Below the pieces are notes generated by a model. That model was not told the DNA's origin and searched no databases. It worked only from the letters and a program-made list of their open reading frames with translations. A stretch of DNA of 64,000 nt from Eledone cirrhosa. Its lineage: Eukaryota. Location of the stretch: NCBI GenBank assembly GCA_964016885.1, contig OZ024740.1, positions 186,930,001-186,994,000 on the forward strand. The letters run 5' to 3'. This document shows positions 37,408 through 52,403 of this stretch, piece after piece. The first letter of the stretch is position 1; each line of letters begins with the position of its first letter. Position numbers and translations under genes: made by a program.

Positions 37408-39412
37408 AAGAGAGAGAAATTGAAGATTGAAAGAAAAGTATTTTAAAATTTAAAATCAATCTATCAATCTATAAAGACAATTATTAGGTACATAAATAAA
37501 ATATTTATGCATTCATACAATTTTTGTAATAATGATAAATTGTGTTAAAATGCTGCTAAATAATTAAAATATTTGATATATGGCAAAGCGTTATGAATTT
37601 TCCTTATGTACAGAAATTTTAGTTTTATTCATGAAGTAAACAAATATAAATATACAAGTTAAGATTATTGCTGTTGTTGTAGCTCCAGTGCTACTCAAGC
37701 TGAGCTATAATCAAAGACATTCCAGCCATAACCAACTATCCTGTGAAAAATATCCTTTTTCCTGTGTGAAAGGAACCCATAGCACATTATCCAACATGAC
37801 CTGTTTTGTTTTGTTTTTATTCTGAATGAAAGTAGGGAGTGATTTGAGAGGAATTTAGCTGCTCTTTATAGCAAGTGGAGTGGCTGCACATGGGCTTACT
37901 CATTGGGTCTTAAGTGTTAAAGTGTACTTTAGGAGCATTTTAGTTTTATGAAGGTACTGACTCAGCCTCTGAAAACCCATCCAAATCTTGCTAGAAGGGA
38001 AAACAGACATTAAATGATAATCAGGATGGTGTGTGTATATATATATATAGATATAGATATATATATAGTATGCAGCTTCACCTCTCACTTCCTAACACCC
38101 CATACATCAGCCACATACCTTGAGAAGGGAAAGTCAATTACCTTAATTTATTGATCCTGCAAGGATAAACGACAAAGCTAACCTCGGTGGGATTTGAACT
38201 AAGAATTTGAGACATAACTATATGCCACAAAGCATGTTGTTCAAAACTCTACTGATACTGCTAATCCTCCACCTTTATGAATATATAGAAAATATAAACA
38301 TAAAAAAAGGAGAAAATATATGAAAAAATATATGAAATGCAAAAATAACATATGTATGTCAAGCGGACAGGTCTTTTACATATGATTTTAAGATGGTGTT
38401 TCTCATGCAAGTATATAAATATAGATAATTAATACATGCAGAGAAACAACTAATACAAGCATTTTTGTAAATAGCAATCAGAATACAGTAATTAGTCCTA
38501 AGCATTTTTAAAACTATAATTAGCATAAATGGATGTGTTTGCAATTAATGTTGAGGCTTCGCACAATGAGCAATAGAAAACAACAAAAACATGAACACAA
38601 CATGAAGTGTCTCAAGAATTTCAGATAGTTTATAGATTAAAATGAACATATCAAATTAAAATGAAACAACTAAAGAGGTAGTTTAAACATATAAATAAAC
38701 AGACTTTTTAAATATTAAATTAGATAATTGAATAAAAGGTGTAATTAATAATATATGATATTATGATTTTCAAGATGGAAGAACATATAGACAAATTCTG
38801 ATAATTTGTCACATAGCTGTATTATATAGGGGATATATGAATGTGTGTGTGTATGTCTGTGGGTGTGTGTATAGACGTGTTTATACTATATACTATATAC
38901 TATATACTATATACATAACTATAAATAGTATTATTATTATATATATAGGAAAGAGTTTAACCCCAACGGCAGAGCTCATTACCCACTCTACTACCCTAAG
39001 TATTGAGTACTCTGGTGCGTTATGGTCCATCTGGTTCCTTACCACACCTCCTTCATTATATATATATATATATAGGGGAGCATGAGACTCCTAGTCTTCT
39101 TTAAGACATCATTCTCTGAGGTCATTCTAATATAAAACCTGTGACCTCGTTTACATCCAATGATGTAGATCAGTTCTACTTTTGGGGTAAATGCATTCGA
39201 TGCTCAGAGAGTGGAACAGGCCCTGTGCAAAGCTTTTCCTCACTTCAAAAAGCTTCCAGCACAGGCATCACTTGATATGTGATATTTTTTACAATGCATG
39301 GTATTGCTGGCCACAGGCAAATCGCTTGCAGGACTAAAAAAACCATGTCCATGCTTAAGTATCAACTAATGGCATTACTTGAAACCGAAATGCAGCCATC
39401 ATACATATACGT

Positions 39413-39456
<44 letters not shown>

Positions 39457-39469
39457 GGGGTGGGGGTGT

Positions 39470-39915
39470 ATGTATATATGCAATGCTACATGGTAGTGAA
39501 ACATGGGTAGTGATTGCAGAGGATAAGTATAGACTGGAGAGAAATGAAGCAACCGTTTCATTGCATTGGATATGCTATATAAATGTAAGAGAAAGGCAGA
39601 GCATTGATAAACTGAGGGGGAAACTGGGTTTATGAGGAATCTGGAGTGGTGTGCAAGAAAGAAGGCTGTGTAGGTACAGACATGCGATGTGCATGGATGA
39701 TGATCGCTGGATGAAGAAGTGACAGAAAATGCCAGTAGTGGGAATATGCAGTATAAGTTGACCAAGGAAGACATGGGCAGAGGTGTTGAAAGATGATCGT
39801 AAATTGCTGGGGGATCACTGAGGAGATGATGAAAGAACATAGGGAGTGGAGAGATGATGTGCTGAAAAGAACTTGTCCAACCCATGTAAGCGTGAAACAT
39901 GATGATGATGATGAT
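39470..39915 (+). mobile_element. RTE LINE 3' fragment
   Basis: AMLHGSETWVVIAEDKYRLERNEA is homologous to 60900-61394. Ends in a (GAT)n tail. Confidence 0.85.
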
Positions 39916-40471
39916 ATATATTTATATTTATATTTATACACACACATACACACAAGCACACATAGATATATCATCATAATTTTAACAACCACTTTCCCTG
40001 CTAGCAATCGTTGGACAGGTCTACAAAGACAAAGTCAGTACTGAAGTGGAACCACTGATCTCCCAGGTAGGCCAGGGATCTGTCTTGCATTACATATTGT
40101 TGATGCTCCACCGAGTGCAGAGGAGAGGTTGTCATGTCTTTGACACAACTGAGGGTCCTCTAGATCCTTTTGTTCAGCAAGATTTCTATGGCTGGATGTG
40201 GGAAAATGATTAAAACTTGCTTTGTATTATGTAATGTTATATTACACAACAAATATAATTTGTACTGATTTAGTTTCTCCCCTAAATCTTTTTATCTGAT
40301 ATATGTAACACACACATATTTATATGTAGACACACAAATACACACACATATTATATATATATATATATTATAGATATTATTCATAAAACCCTTTTAAGCA
40401 TGGAGAAATAAACTGAATCAATACAGAAGATGCAGATGATATCATGAATCAAAGTGTGCAAAGAGAAATTA

Positions 40472-40530
<59 letters not shown>

Positions 40531-42454
40531 TATTTTAGTGGATTTGATTGAAAGAGAGTTGGAAAATATTCCTAGTTTAACCAAACACAATAGAATAGGG
40601 TGTGTTAGGTTGCCTAAATACAAGATAGAATACTGGTGTGTGTGTAGCATCAAAATGAGTCTGTAAAACTTGGAGGACATAGTGATTAAACACGATACTG
40701 TGATTCAAAATTACCTTATAGTAGTGCAACACAAACAGTAGCAGTTGTAGTAGCAGAAATAGCATTAGTAGCAGCAGCAACAAAGACAACAGTAGTAGTA
40801 GCAGTATTAGTACAAAACCTCTGATAGAGTGGAAAAACAAGTCAAAATCCAATCCAGAAGACCCAGTTTCTCATAATAACACCAAGTATTGCATGCCTGA
40901 ATTGTCCTTAACAATGATGATGATAATGGTGATGATGATGATAATATTATAAAAAATAATCTAAAATCAGCAGTAAAAAATATCTAACAAAATAAATAAA
41001 ACTTTGATTGGCGAAAACTTTCTGATCTTCGTTCATCAAATGGGTTGGGTTTCTTTATATTAAAAAAATGTTATTATAAGGGTGAGTAGAGAATAAGGCA
41101 GAGAGGGAGATTTAGTTGAGTCAATAACAACAAAACAGCATCAGTCAAAGATGGATGGGTGGGGATAGAGGTAAAACTTCTTTGGATGCAACCATTCAAT
41201 TAATAATTGTTTAAATAGATTGCTCAAAGGTGTTGCGTGTAATGTTTAAAAGGAACAGATAAACAGTACATTGTAGGAGAATTGATAACACGAGAGGAAA
41301 TGAAATAGAAACATTTTTATAAATATATTTTCAAAAGTATTTTGAGTTCACTCAATTAAATTTGCTTTTCATACTTGAAATTAATTTTTTCCCCCATTAT
41401 TTCTTTTATTATATATATATATATATACACATATGTAATATATATATATATATAAATATGTTTATATATACATATGTGTATGTATATATACTCTCTCTCT
41501 CTCTCTCTCTAAATATATATAGAGAGAGAGTGAGAGAGAGTGGTACACATCGATTTTGTTTGTTATTTGTGTTAGAAGCAGTCATAAATGTGTCAGTTAG
41601 AAATGTGTTTTGTTCCTCTTATGCATTTTAATAACTTTTTTGCCTGACAAAATATAAAGTTTGCAAAATATTTATATATACAAATTATAAACAAATTTTA
41701 TTAGTTATTTAAGTATATGAAAGAAATTCCATAAATGTGTATATATTCCATATGTGTATATATATATTCATATGTGTGTAGGTATATGTTCATGCGAGCA
41801 TGCATAATGACTTTCCTAAAGGAACTTCACTAGAATTTGATGGTGATTCCTCTAGAAATAGGTTCACTATATTCATCAAAGCACTGACAATATGGTTATT
41901 TACAAGCAACAAATTTACCAGCCTTTTATGCCAGAATAGGTATTATCCAATATGGATTACTTTTGATGGATGGATGGTCCCATAACTTATGAGAGAGTTG
42001 CAGGCGTGCCGTATTGATATAGGTTGTTCCAAGGGTATTTTTAAACCTGGCTGAGCCCTTCCCTCTCCTGGTCTGAATATAGCTGATTTCTTCGAGACAA
42101 GGATAGAGAGTGAGAGAAGGAAAGTGAGGAAGAGACATAGAGGAAGATGCAGGCCCACTACTAGACTGGTACTTTTTTATCACCCTGGAATGAATAAAAT
42201 GTTTAGTGACCCCAGTAGGATTTGAACTCAGCAAGCACAGACCCACAACAAATACTGCAAAGCATCTTATCCAACGTTCTAACAATTCTGCCAATTTGCT
42301 GCAACCAATGATTAATTATGTATACTAAGTTTGAACTGAATAATGGTATCAGACATTGCAGCCATTTCCACAATTAATCAGCATCAGCTTTATTTGCTGA
42401 TTTATCAGTTTAATAATTAGTCATTATTTATTATCATCTTTATTATTATTTTGA

Positions 42455-42680
42455 TAGGCATGGTGGATTGACAAAGGGCGGTGGATTGGCAATATTGGTA
42501 GAGTGTCGGACATCATGATCTGCAGCATAGAGTTATGTTCCTTTATGTTCTGAGTTCAAATCACACAGAGATTAGCTTTGCCTTTTATCGTTATGGGGTT
42601 AATAAAGTACCAGTAAGGCACTGGGGTCAATTTAATCGACTTTCCCTTCCCCAAAAAATTGTTGGCCTTGTGCCTAAATC
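42455..42680 (+). mobile_element. Same SINE family copy; further copies at ~20-120, 19040-19170, 31320-31430, 38120-38275, 42165-42300, 43043-43100 and 47450-47700
   Basis: GGCGGTGGATTGGCA...TTCTGAGTTCAAATC...TTTGCCTTTTATC...GGCCTTGTGCCTAAA. Confidence 0.8.
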
Positions 42681-45600
42681 AGAAAGCATTATCATTGATA
42701 GGCATTTGTGCTGAGAGAAGAAAACCATGGGTAAAAAAAAGATATTCAGAAAACACATTGGATTCACCAAGTAGAAATAAGAAACACATTTCTAAGGATG
42801 CTCTAAGCTCCCCATTGTAATAAAACTCTATTCCTAGTGCCTGGACACACTGATCTACACAATTGTAAATTACTTGGGGCTGCCTAGTGATGTAACTCCC
42901 TGTAAGGTCAAAGATGAGAGACCCGCAACACACTTGAGAAGATATATGTTTAATTGATCTTTTAAAAAGGAATTCATTAAAAATTCATAATTAGATTCCC
43001 ATTACATTTTCATCTGAAGGTATTAAAATATTTTTTCAGTAATAATTGTTTCTACTTTAGGCACAAGGCCAGCAATAACCCAGCACATTACTGGTACTTT
43101 ATTTTATCGACCCCGTAAGGAATAATGATTCCTGTTATCATAACCTAAAAACATAGTGAGAGAGAGTGAGAGAGAGAAGATAGTCCTGATAAGTACTTCT
43201 GTGTAACTATCACATCTGAATTACTGGTTCTCTTTAAACCTTCAAAAATATTCCACTACACCAGTTGTATAATCAAATGCTGCAAACTGAGTCCACAGCA
43301 TTGCATTTCTTCTTATTTCCTTCCTCAATATCAAGCAAGTATATTTTCTAGATGGCAGCTGGATTTTATACTCAGTGTTGCTAATTGACACTTTACACCT
43401 GCTTTTCCATGGTGACATGAGTTAAATGGAACATTTGAGACAGTACTCGATGACAATAGTTTTAGTTGCTTCTTATAATACTGAAAACTATCATCAAATA
43501 GTTATGTCCATTCAGTTTCATTTTTTTTATTTGGTTGCTTTTCAGATATGGTGTATTTGGAACAACACTGGCCAATAGTCTTCTTCTTTTGCATAAAGTG
43601 TGATTTAGCAGCTATTTCTAGCAACCATGTAAAAAGCCTCCTTCTTCCCTTGCTGTGTAATTGTATCAATATACAAAGTTTTATACAAGTAATTAAATGT
43701 AGGTATTTCAAAACATGGATTCCATCATGAAATAAAATATGAATATCTATGAATTAAGTTAATAATATTTTAATTAACATGGGAAATTTGGCTTCAATAT
43801 TAAATATATATTAAGCTAATTGTTTCAATAGATATTGAGGCAATTGTTTTTATTTATGCATTACCTTGAAAACACTGCCAACATTTTTTTATTATTTGAA
43901 CTTTTTAATACATAAGTATCCTCTACCTACACATATAAGCTCACATATGCACATGTGTACTGACTGCTTTTCTCTGTGATTTAATTATACTTTTTCAATC
44001 TTGTTTAGTTTTATTTCACTTGCTCTCTCTCTCTCTCGCTTTCTTTTTTCTCTTTCTACTTCTCCTCTCTCTCACTTGCTATCTACCCCCTTTCAACTCT
44101 GAATCCTTATACACTGTTTTCTTAGTTGATGTCTTTCCTATTTATTTCGATCTCACCCTGGTGATTTTAATGATCTCTATAATACTTAAAGAAATTTTTT
44201 TCTCTAAATAATACCTTACACTAAAAATATATCTCCAGAGCTTTTTTATTTTCTAATTACTTTTTTTTTTTAATGACACTTAAAACATTTTAAATATCGA
44301 AATATTAAAACTTCGTAAATATTTTCTCGTCATGGGAATTTGAAAAGCACACCATAAAGTGTTGATTAGCTTATAAACAGGGCTTGGCTTATATTTGAAT
44401 ATATATGGCAATTCAATTACCATATATTAAAGATATATAAAATATTCTACTAATATCATGATATTACATTTTCAGTCTATGGGAAAATATGTAAAAAAAG
44501 ACATACACTTACATATATGAATGCATTTATTTACACGGATTTGATTAAATCTTGTACTATTTCTGTAAGACATGTACCAATCAAATATTTCAGCTGCATA
44601 GTTGGGGGCTCCCTTTGGTTATTATTACCCATGGGTTTGCTCCTAGATAGCTCCACTTTGAGGCTATGCTCAGACAAAATGTTTTAGTGGAAGCCTAGCC
44701 ATTACCCATGAATGCCCGTTTCCCCTTTCTACCCCTTCACTGTTTTCCAAGTAAACACAGCTTGACACCAGTGATGTCACAACTCATGTTTTCCAACTGA
44801 ATAAACTAGAGCAGCATTGAATAAAGTGTTTTGCTGAAAGACACAACATGACAGCCCATCACGGAATCAAATTCACAACATTATGTTTGTGAGCATAACG
44901 CTCCAACCACAAAGCCACCCGCCTTCACTGTTTAGTGTATAATGGGTATAAATAAAAAGGCCTTTGATCACAGACCTGCTCAATGAGGGCTGACCTGGCG
45001 CTAAACAACAACTTTGGTGCCTTAGTATACTATTGCAACGCTTTGTACCCTCTTCCATGAACTGATTTGAATATATGGAAATTGGAAAATATTCCAGTGG
45101 AGAAACCTTTCTACATTGTAGATGAATGCAAGGCAACATGAAATATATAGTTGCATGCATTGCATAAAAAAGAGATAAAATTGTTGGAAAAAGTCTATTG
45201 ATAGAAGGAAGTCTAAATTTGCGTATAACAATTTCCAAGAATGTTTGAATATTGTAATGTTCAACATGGAATAGCAAAAAAGACTTAGTAGACAGAATAA
45301 AATGTAAAATAGTTAAAATCTCTCTTAAGCCTTACAGGTGTATCAGATCAGAGTTTATCTTAGTTTAATATGACCTTAAGTAACTGAGAGTCTGATGCAT
45401 GATTATTAACTGCCAGCTGCTGTTGTTGTTGCTAGTACTCATTCTTAGCTGAGTAGACAAGCGAAACTTGTAATGAAATTCTTTGCTCAAGGATAAAATT
45501 CATTGCCCAGTGCATGGATGAACCTCATGAACTTACAATCATGGGATTAATACCCAAATCCACTAGGCCATGCATCTACATGACTTTAAAGTCTGTTTGA

Positions 45601-48600
45601 GCCTGGGGGCTCATCAGTCAGGTGTTATCCCGGTTTCTATGGAATGAAGCAACTTAGAGCACAAGACTCCCCCTGAATAGGATGCCAAGTCATCACAGGT
45701 AAACCCCCCAATTATTGCTGGCTTTTATTTTCAGCTGAATATACTGGAACAACTTGAAATGAAGTGTTTTGATCAAAAACATAACACACAACGCAGTCAA
45801 AGAATCGAACCCACAACAATTATGATCATAGGTCCAATACCCTTACCACTAGGCCACATGACTCCACATGCATCTACACAGATGGAGTAACATATTTCAC
45901 AAATATATCAGTGAAAGTGAAATGAATGCTGAAGATAGTTGTCCTCTCAGTCTATATACTCATCATTTAACATCAATGATGTTAAATGATTTAACATCTG
46001 AAGACAGATCTTGAAGTATGCAGCATTTATCTTAACTAATATACTTTTTATTGTTTAGCTGGGATGACAAACAGACAGAAAAGAAAATATTTATGAAAGC
46101 TTACAGTTCTAAGTTATTAATGATGAGATGGACTATAGGTGTCTACAGTTATACTTGCCTTAAACTACACAATTCCCTAATGAATGCCAACATATGCTAA
46201 AAAGAGAACGGTTTTGAGATGCATCATATACGATTTCATTATCCAAGATAAATACTCTGTAATTTGATGATTGGTAATTTAAGAAACCTGTCAGAATGAG
46301 AAAGAGTCTTCAATCGGAAAATCACAGGATGTTATAATGTGATACACAGCAAGAGCAGATAGGAAGTCTACTTATAGGATATTTAACAAAAGCAATGATG
46401 AGTTTGATGCCTGTGAATATTGATGGTTATTAGAGTCATAAATATTCAATAGAAAATTGTTCTTATGTGTAATGAGGAATAATTTCATTCATCATCATCA
46501 TCAATTTTATGTCTGCATTTTCAATGATGGCATGGGTTGGATGAAACTTTTGGAAGCAGTATTCTATGGTCAGATACCAACCCATACTTATATTTTTTAA
46601 AATATGGAACTTTATCATAAATCCTCATCTGCTGAACTGCAATACAGCAGGACTCAAATAAATGTCACTTGTCATTTTTAAGAGGTGTTAATGCAGAGAC
46701 AGTGTTTATGCATGTGCATACACACACATGCTCAATCACACACACATGACAGACTTCTTCACAATTTTCTTCAAACAAGTTTTACTCACAAATCATTATT
46801 CAGCACAAGTCTATAGGTACCTGGCAGTAGAATCAAATTCAAACCCCGTGGTTGAGAAGCCTGCCTATTAAATAAACTAAATACAGTTAACTTCAATATG
46901 AATATAATATTCCTATTCTTAGAAATATTTCCACTTTTTATAACATGATTTGAATACACACCAAACAGCTTGAACAGAATATGGTCCTAACAGCTTTTGG
47001 GGGTAAGAAACCACAGCAAATAGCTGCCATTTAAAAAGACAAAAAAAAAAAAAAACAATAACTACACATGTACCATTGGTTGTTGTTTAATTCCAGGTCA
47101 ACGTTGATCAAGTAAGCCTATGATTAAAAGTGTCCCAACAATAATTATTCCATCTTTTCATCCAAGTGTATCCAGGCTACATTATCTAATATGTCATTCC
47201 TTTTTTTTTTTTACCTAATATGGTAAATGTATGATAGATGTGGCTGTTATTTCTTGCATGTTGAGCAACTGTGTATTGGTCAATGCGAATCATTTATTTG
47301 TTAATATGTAACTATGTTATTTTACTATCACGGATGTATTTAAAAATAGAATTGTGACTTCAGCTCTCTAACCACAAAGCCATGCACCTAATACTATTAA
47401 TGGTCGACTACAGATGAGTGTACTTGATGCGACTCTAAACTATTTGTGGTGGATGGTAGATTGCAATATGATTTAAACTCAGCATTTAATGGGCCAAAAC
47501 AAATACTGAAAGTTATTTCATCCAACACTACAACAATTCTGCCAGGCTACTGTCCTAGATTTGCACTTTATTAAGCCCAAAGGACTTAAATGCAAAGTTG
47601 ACCTCAGTTAGATTTGAACTCCAAACACAAGGAGTCAGAATAAATACTACAGGGTATTTTATTTGATGCCTCTAACACTTCCACCAATTAACCACCAAGG
47701 ACCCTTGTGGTGAAAATAAATGAAATGTAATTGATTATTTTAAGTATTGATGTTTTTGATTGCTAAAGCATAACTAAAATGTATTACAGAAAATAGATGT
47801 GTAAGACAAAAAAAATATTGTTATAGCTTGCAAAATGAAAATAACATTAGGTGAAGCAATAACGACAACAACATAGCAGGGCCTTGGTGTCAAAGCAAGT
47901 CAACCATATATACATGAACAAGTCAGGTTTTAAAAGAGTGAGTTAAAGCTTCTAAATATCTAAAACCAATGCTTTAGAGAACAGATTATATATTATAATG
48001 GTACTGTTAATAATTTGCAGTCTCATATCCCAAATGTTTTCACATTTATTTTTACATCAGAATAAAATCTGATGTAAAAATCAATTTTTTTCAAAATCTG
48101 TCTATCAATCTCATTAAACCACAGACTACTTTATCAGATATAGTTAAAATATATCAATCTATTAGAAGACTAAATAGTATAAACTGTGTATTATGAAACT
48201 GAGGAAGGAACCTTCACATATTTCAATGATTCATTGGAAAGAGCAGCTAAATTTACCATAACTCTTTAGCATTTACATTACTCTATATTTACTATTATAT
48301 TTTCATGGTAAAGGCTTTGTCGCACATAATTATCTCACATAATACCGAATCTATGAGATTTTGATATTATTTATTTTGAGAACAATACCTTAACATTAGT
48401 ATGAATGGCCGGTTACAGCCAGTTTGGCCAGTTTAAATGCTAAAAGTTTAAAGCACAACTAACTATATCAAGGAAGGTCATATTGGGCAAAAATATGGGA
48501 TTGTCACGGATAGAAACCTTTGATCATAGATTTGTTCAATCAATCAAAGCTGAACTGGGTCCAAACAACAACTTATATATTATTTGATCTTAGGTTTGTT

Positions 48601-48689
48601 CAATTAAGGATGAACTGGAGTTAAACAACAACTACAATATATATTATGGTAGCTATTTACTTTAACTTGGAAAAATAGTATATTGTCAG

Positions 48690-49000
48690 CAGTGTGGCCT
48701 ACTGGTATGTTGGAGTTTCAATCATAATATCATGGGTCAGATTCCTAGACTGGGTTGTGAGTTGTGTTCTTGAACAAAACACTTCATTTCATGTTGCTCC
48801 AGTATACTCAGCTGAAAATGTTTACCAGCATCAGCACCCTTGCAAGCAGGGAAAAGCGGACGTAAAATGAAATGATGATGATGATAATGGTGGACTGGCT
48901 TCTTATCCCGGTGGTGTCTAGTATTCACAGTCATTTAATGCCATGGAAACTGGGATAAGTACTGACCTGATAAGCGTCTAGGCTCAAGACAGCCTTTAGA
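48690..49000 (+). mobile_element. Second tRNA-SINE family; other copies at ~7960-8150, 44690-44910, 45340-45870, 51330-51640 and 52880-53040
   Basis: Shared core GTTCTTGAGCAAAACACTTCATTTCATGTTGCTCCAGTATACTCAGCTG recurs on either strand. Confidence 0.75.
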
Positions 49001-50770
49001 CTTAGGTGATTAAATTCCTTGTGGACAAGAGCACATAATGTGTGAGTTCAAATCTAATAAAGTTGTTTGTAACTTCTCTACGCAGAATACTTTATTCTAT
49101 ATTTTATAAATGAATCTAGCTGTAGGGAATGTATACCAGGTGTTTCTCTTTTGCAACCATACTACTGCCTGAACTATCATTTATTTCTCAAGCAAATGTT
49201 GCAGAGCACCAGTCAGCATCATTTATTATAAGAATTGCAATGGTATATGAACATCTTCATCTTTCTGGTTTTTCACTCTTCATTGTACCATTAGTGGTAA
49301 GAATTTGACTCATTTCTTTAATGTGACTGATACTAGTCGGATGTACTTGGCTCTATGGAGTCCTTATATTCCTTATGTCATTGAAAAGGTAGTGAGGCTT
49401 GAGGCAGACAAAGTGCTCCGATGACTGCAGTTAGTTGCAACTATCAATACTTCATTCCAACTTTTGTTGACAGGTTTCGGCTCTCTGTCACTTGTCTGCC
49501 ACCACTTCATGTTGGATCATCCTCTTCACCTCTTGTCATGGGGGTACCAATACAGGCTCTAATTAGCATGTCTCTCACTTGGGACAAAAAGGCATATTAT
49601 GCAAGACCACCCCATCTTTTATCCAATATGTCCTTCTTTTTTCAAAACAGCATGGTGTGGTTTGAAAGAGATGTTGTTGATAGTTCTGTTAGCTGGCTGA
49701 ATGAGTGCATAAAGGCTTCTTCACTTGCTCAATGTACCTTCATGTTTTGTTGGTTAAATTTCATTTCTTTAAATTCAAAACATGATAATTTCTAACCTGA
49801 AATATAATGGACACTACTCTGGGGATCCAGGCTTTGTGTGAAACATATAGGCAATAAAAAAGTCAGTGTTGACCCATCAACTATTAAAGTGCTAATTGGT
49901 ATTTACATTTTCCACCAAGAATGCTGCTGATGATTAGATTTAGCTCCAGATCAGCTCTGACTGAGCAGACCTATGATCAAAAGAAATCCAGCTATAATAA
50001 TCCTATTTCTCTCACAGACATTGTGCATTTAGGACTACATTATCCCATGTGTCCCCTTCCCCAGTTTAAGACAGTAGGGGTATAATATGAAGGGAAATGT
50101 GGCTGATATTTTGAATGTCAAGTAAATATGTTGAGGCTGAAAGGGTCTTCCATTTACCTGGGTTGTAAGAATTTTGTATCTTTTCTAATCATTAGCATAA
50201 ATCAGTAATGAAATTAAGATGTGTGATTTCCTATTAACCATTCCGTGACTATATTTCTAATGACTAGAATGCATAAATGTTTCAATTAATTTTCAGTATA
50301 AATGAAGGTTCCATGCAAATCCACCTTTCAATAAGACTCTACTCTATATCTATCAGAATAGCCAGAATATATGATACTTATTTCCAATACGTAGGTAAAC
50401 TGAGGCGATTTCAAATTAAGCATACTGTCAATGGCTCCTAATGTACAATGAAACACCTGCAGTTTATTTTAAATAGTGGTCTAAATGGTTAAAAAATTGA
50501 ATTCACTAGCATGAGGTTGCAAGTTCAATTCCCAATCTATGGCTAAACAAAAGTAAACACAAACACACTTTAAGAGCTTTGAGGGAGATTCTATGTGGTC
50601 ATGTGCAGAGCTGGACTTACCTATAAGCTATAACTTAGTGCTACACAACCTCAGGGGCCACATTTAATAAAAAGTATATTTATATTATATCATTAGTTTT
50701 TATTCTTTAACGCTAAATCATCAAACATTATATATATATATATTTATAATTAATATTAATATAAATAATA

Positions 50771-50958
50771 ATTGTTTCTACTTTTAGCACAAGGCCAGAA
50801 ATTACCCCAGTGCATTACTGGTACCTTATTTTATAGACCCCGTAAGGATGAAAGGCAAAGTTTGCCTTGGCAGGATTTGAACTCAGACTGTAAAGGGACG
50901 TAACTATGCTGGAAACCATGGTGTCTGACCCTCTATCAATACAGCCAATCCACCGCCC
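50771..50958 (-). mobile_element. Same SINE family with 17-bp TSD, nested in a hAT-like MITE (~50606-51068)
   Basis: Aligns to 12089-12277. TSD TATTAATATAAATAATA at 50754-50770 and 50959-50975. Confidence 0.85.
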
Positions 50959-52074
50959 TATTAATATAAATAATAATAATAATATTGTATAATTATTTAA
51001 ATTTTCTTTAGAGAAGAACCTGAAATTTCATATAGCTTAGGACCTCAGCTGGAAAAACTCTGACCTTGACTAGTGTCCCACTGAAAGGTGGATTTGAGTT
51101 TCATTTGCATAACTAATAAAGCATGATAAAACTAAGACCCCTGTAAGTAAAATATATAAGAAACATACTATGAGATACAACCTTAAGGGACTTTGGCTAA
51201 ACGTGTACAGGTATAAGCTATTACAACAATTGCATAAAGATAGAGACACAAGGGAGGTCGTTAGAAGCGCCATGAGGTTTGTAAAACCTCTTTGTTATTC
51301 AATGCATTATTAGTGTTTAATCTGAATGAAGGTTCATGGCTTAGTGGTTGGAATTGACTAACAATTATGATGCCATAAGTTCAATTACTTGGGGCAGTGG
51401 ACATATTGTCTCCTTGGTCACAACACTTTATTTCTCACTGCTCCAGTTTACTCATCTAGAAAAAATGAGATACAATGTCACTGATACCAAACTGTATCGA
51501 CTCTGGACAACATTGGTAGCATAGAAATGGGAGACTCACATACATAAATGATTGCTGGTCTGCCACAAAACACTATGCCTGGGATTTTGCCTCACAGTGC
51601 AAACCATGGTAAGGCATGACCAAATGGGGCTTCTTACCACCCTCATTAGTATTTAATTCATCAATCCTGGAGTAATGAAGGCAGATCTGAAATTGTATGT
51701 ACCAACACTGTAGAAAAACAATACTAAATTCTTCAAGGCATATATTCTCATATCAAACAATTACTAACTCACTGCCGTGCTTTTTGAATGAGAGAGATAT
51801 AAAAGGAGACAAACTGAGCTCAAAGCAAAATTAATTCTGTCAGAAGTTTCAGATGTGGTAGTAAAACCATTGCTTCATTATTGGATACTTGCTTACTACA
51901 TAGTTTGTGTCTAGACATAGAGACTTTGGAAATTTCAATAAGAATTTTTCTATTTACTATTTCTAAGCAATACAAAAAATAACATAATTGATTCTTTAGG
52001 ATTTGGGGTAATTTTGCTATTTAGCCCCTTGGCAAAATGATTTTACAAACATATACATGAACACATTTTAAATT

Positions 52075-52313
<239 letters not shown>

Positions 52314-52340
52314 CTGTATGAAATGCAAACTGGTGTATAT

Positions 52341-52403
52341 GTTCTTAGGTACTCCAAGTTTCCTGAAGCAAGTTGATTTATTTCATTCTTCAGCCTTCAG
52401 AAC
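52341..52403 (-). ncRNA. Type I hammerhead
   Basis: Minus: GTTCTGAAGG-CTGAAGA-[ATGAAATAA..TTGCTTCAG]-GAAA-CTTGGAG-TA-CCTAAGAAC. Confidence 0.65.

Noticed and set aside
44513-44562. Minus-strand exon-like segment (cag...gtaagtg) reading IVQDLIKSV*
   Set aside because: The acceptor flank GATTGGTACATGTCT recurs at ~52654, pointing to a repeat fragment.
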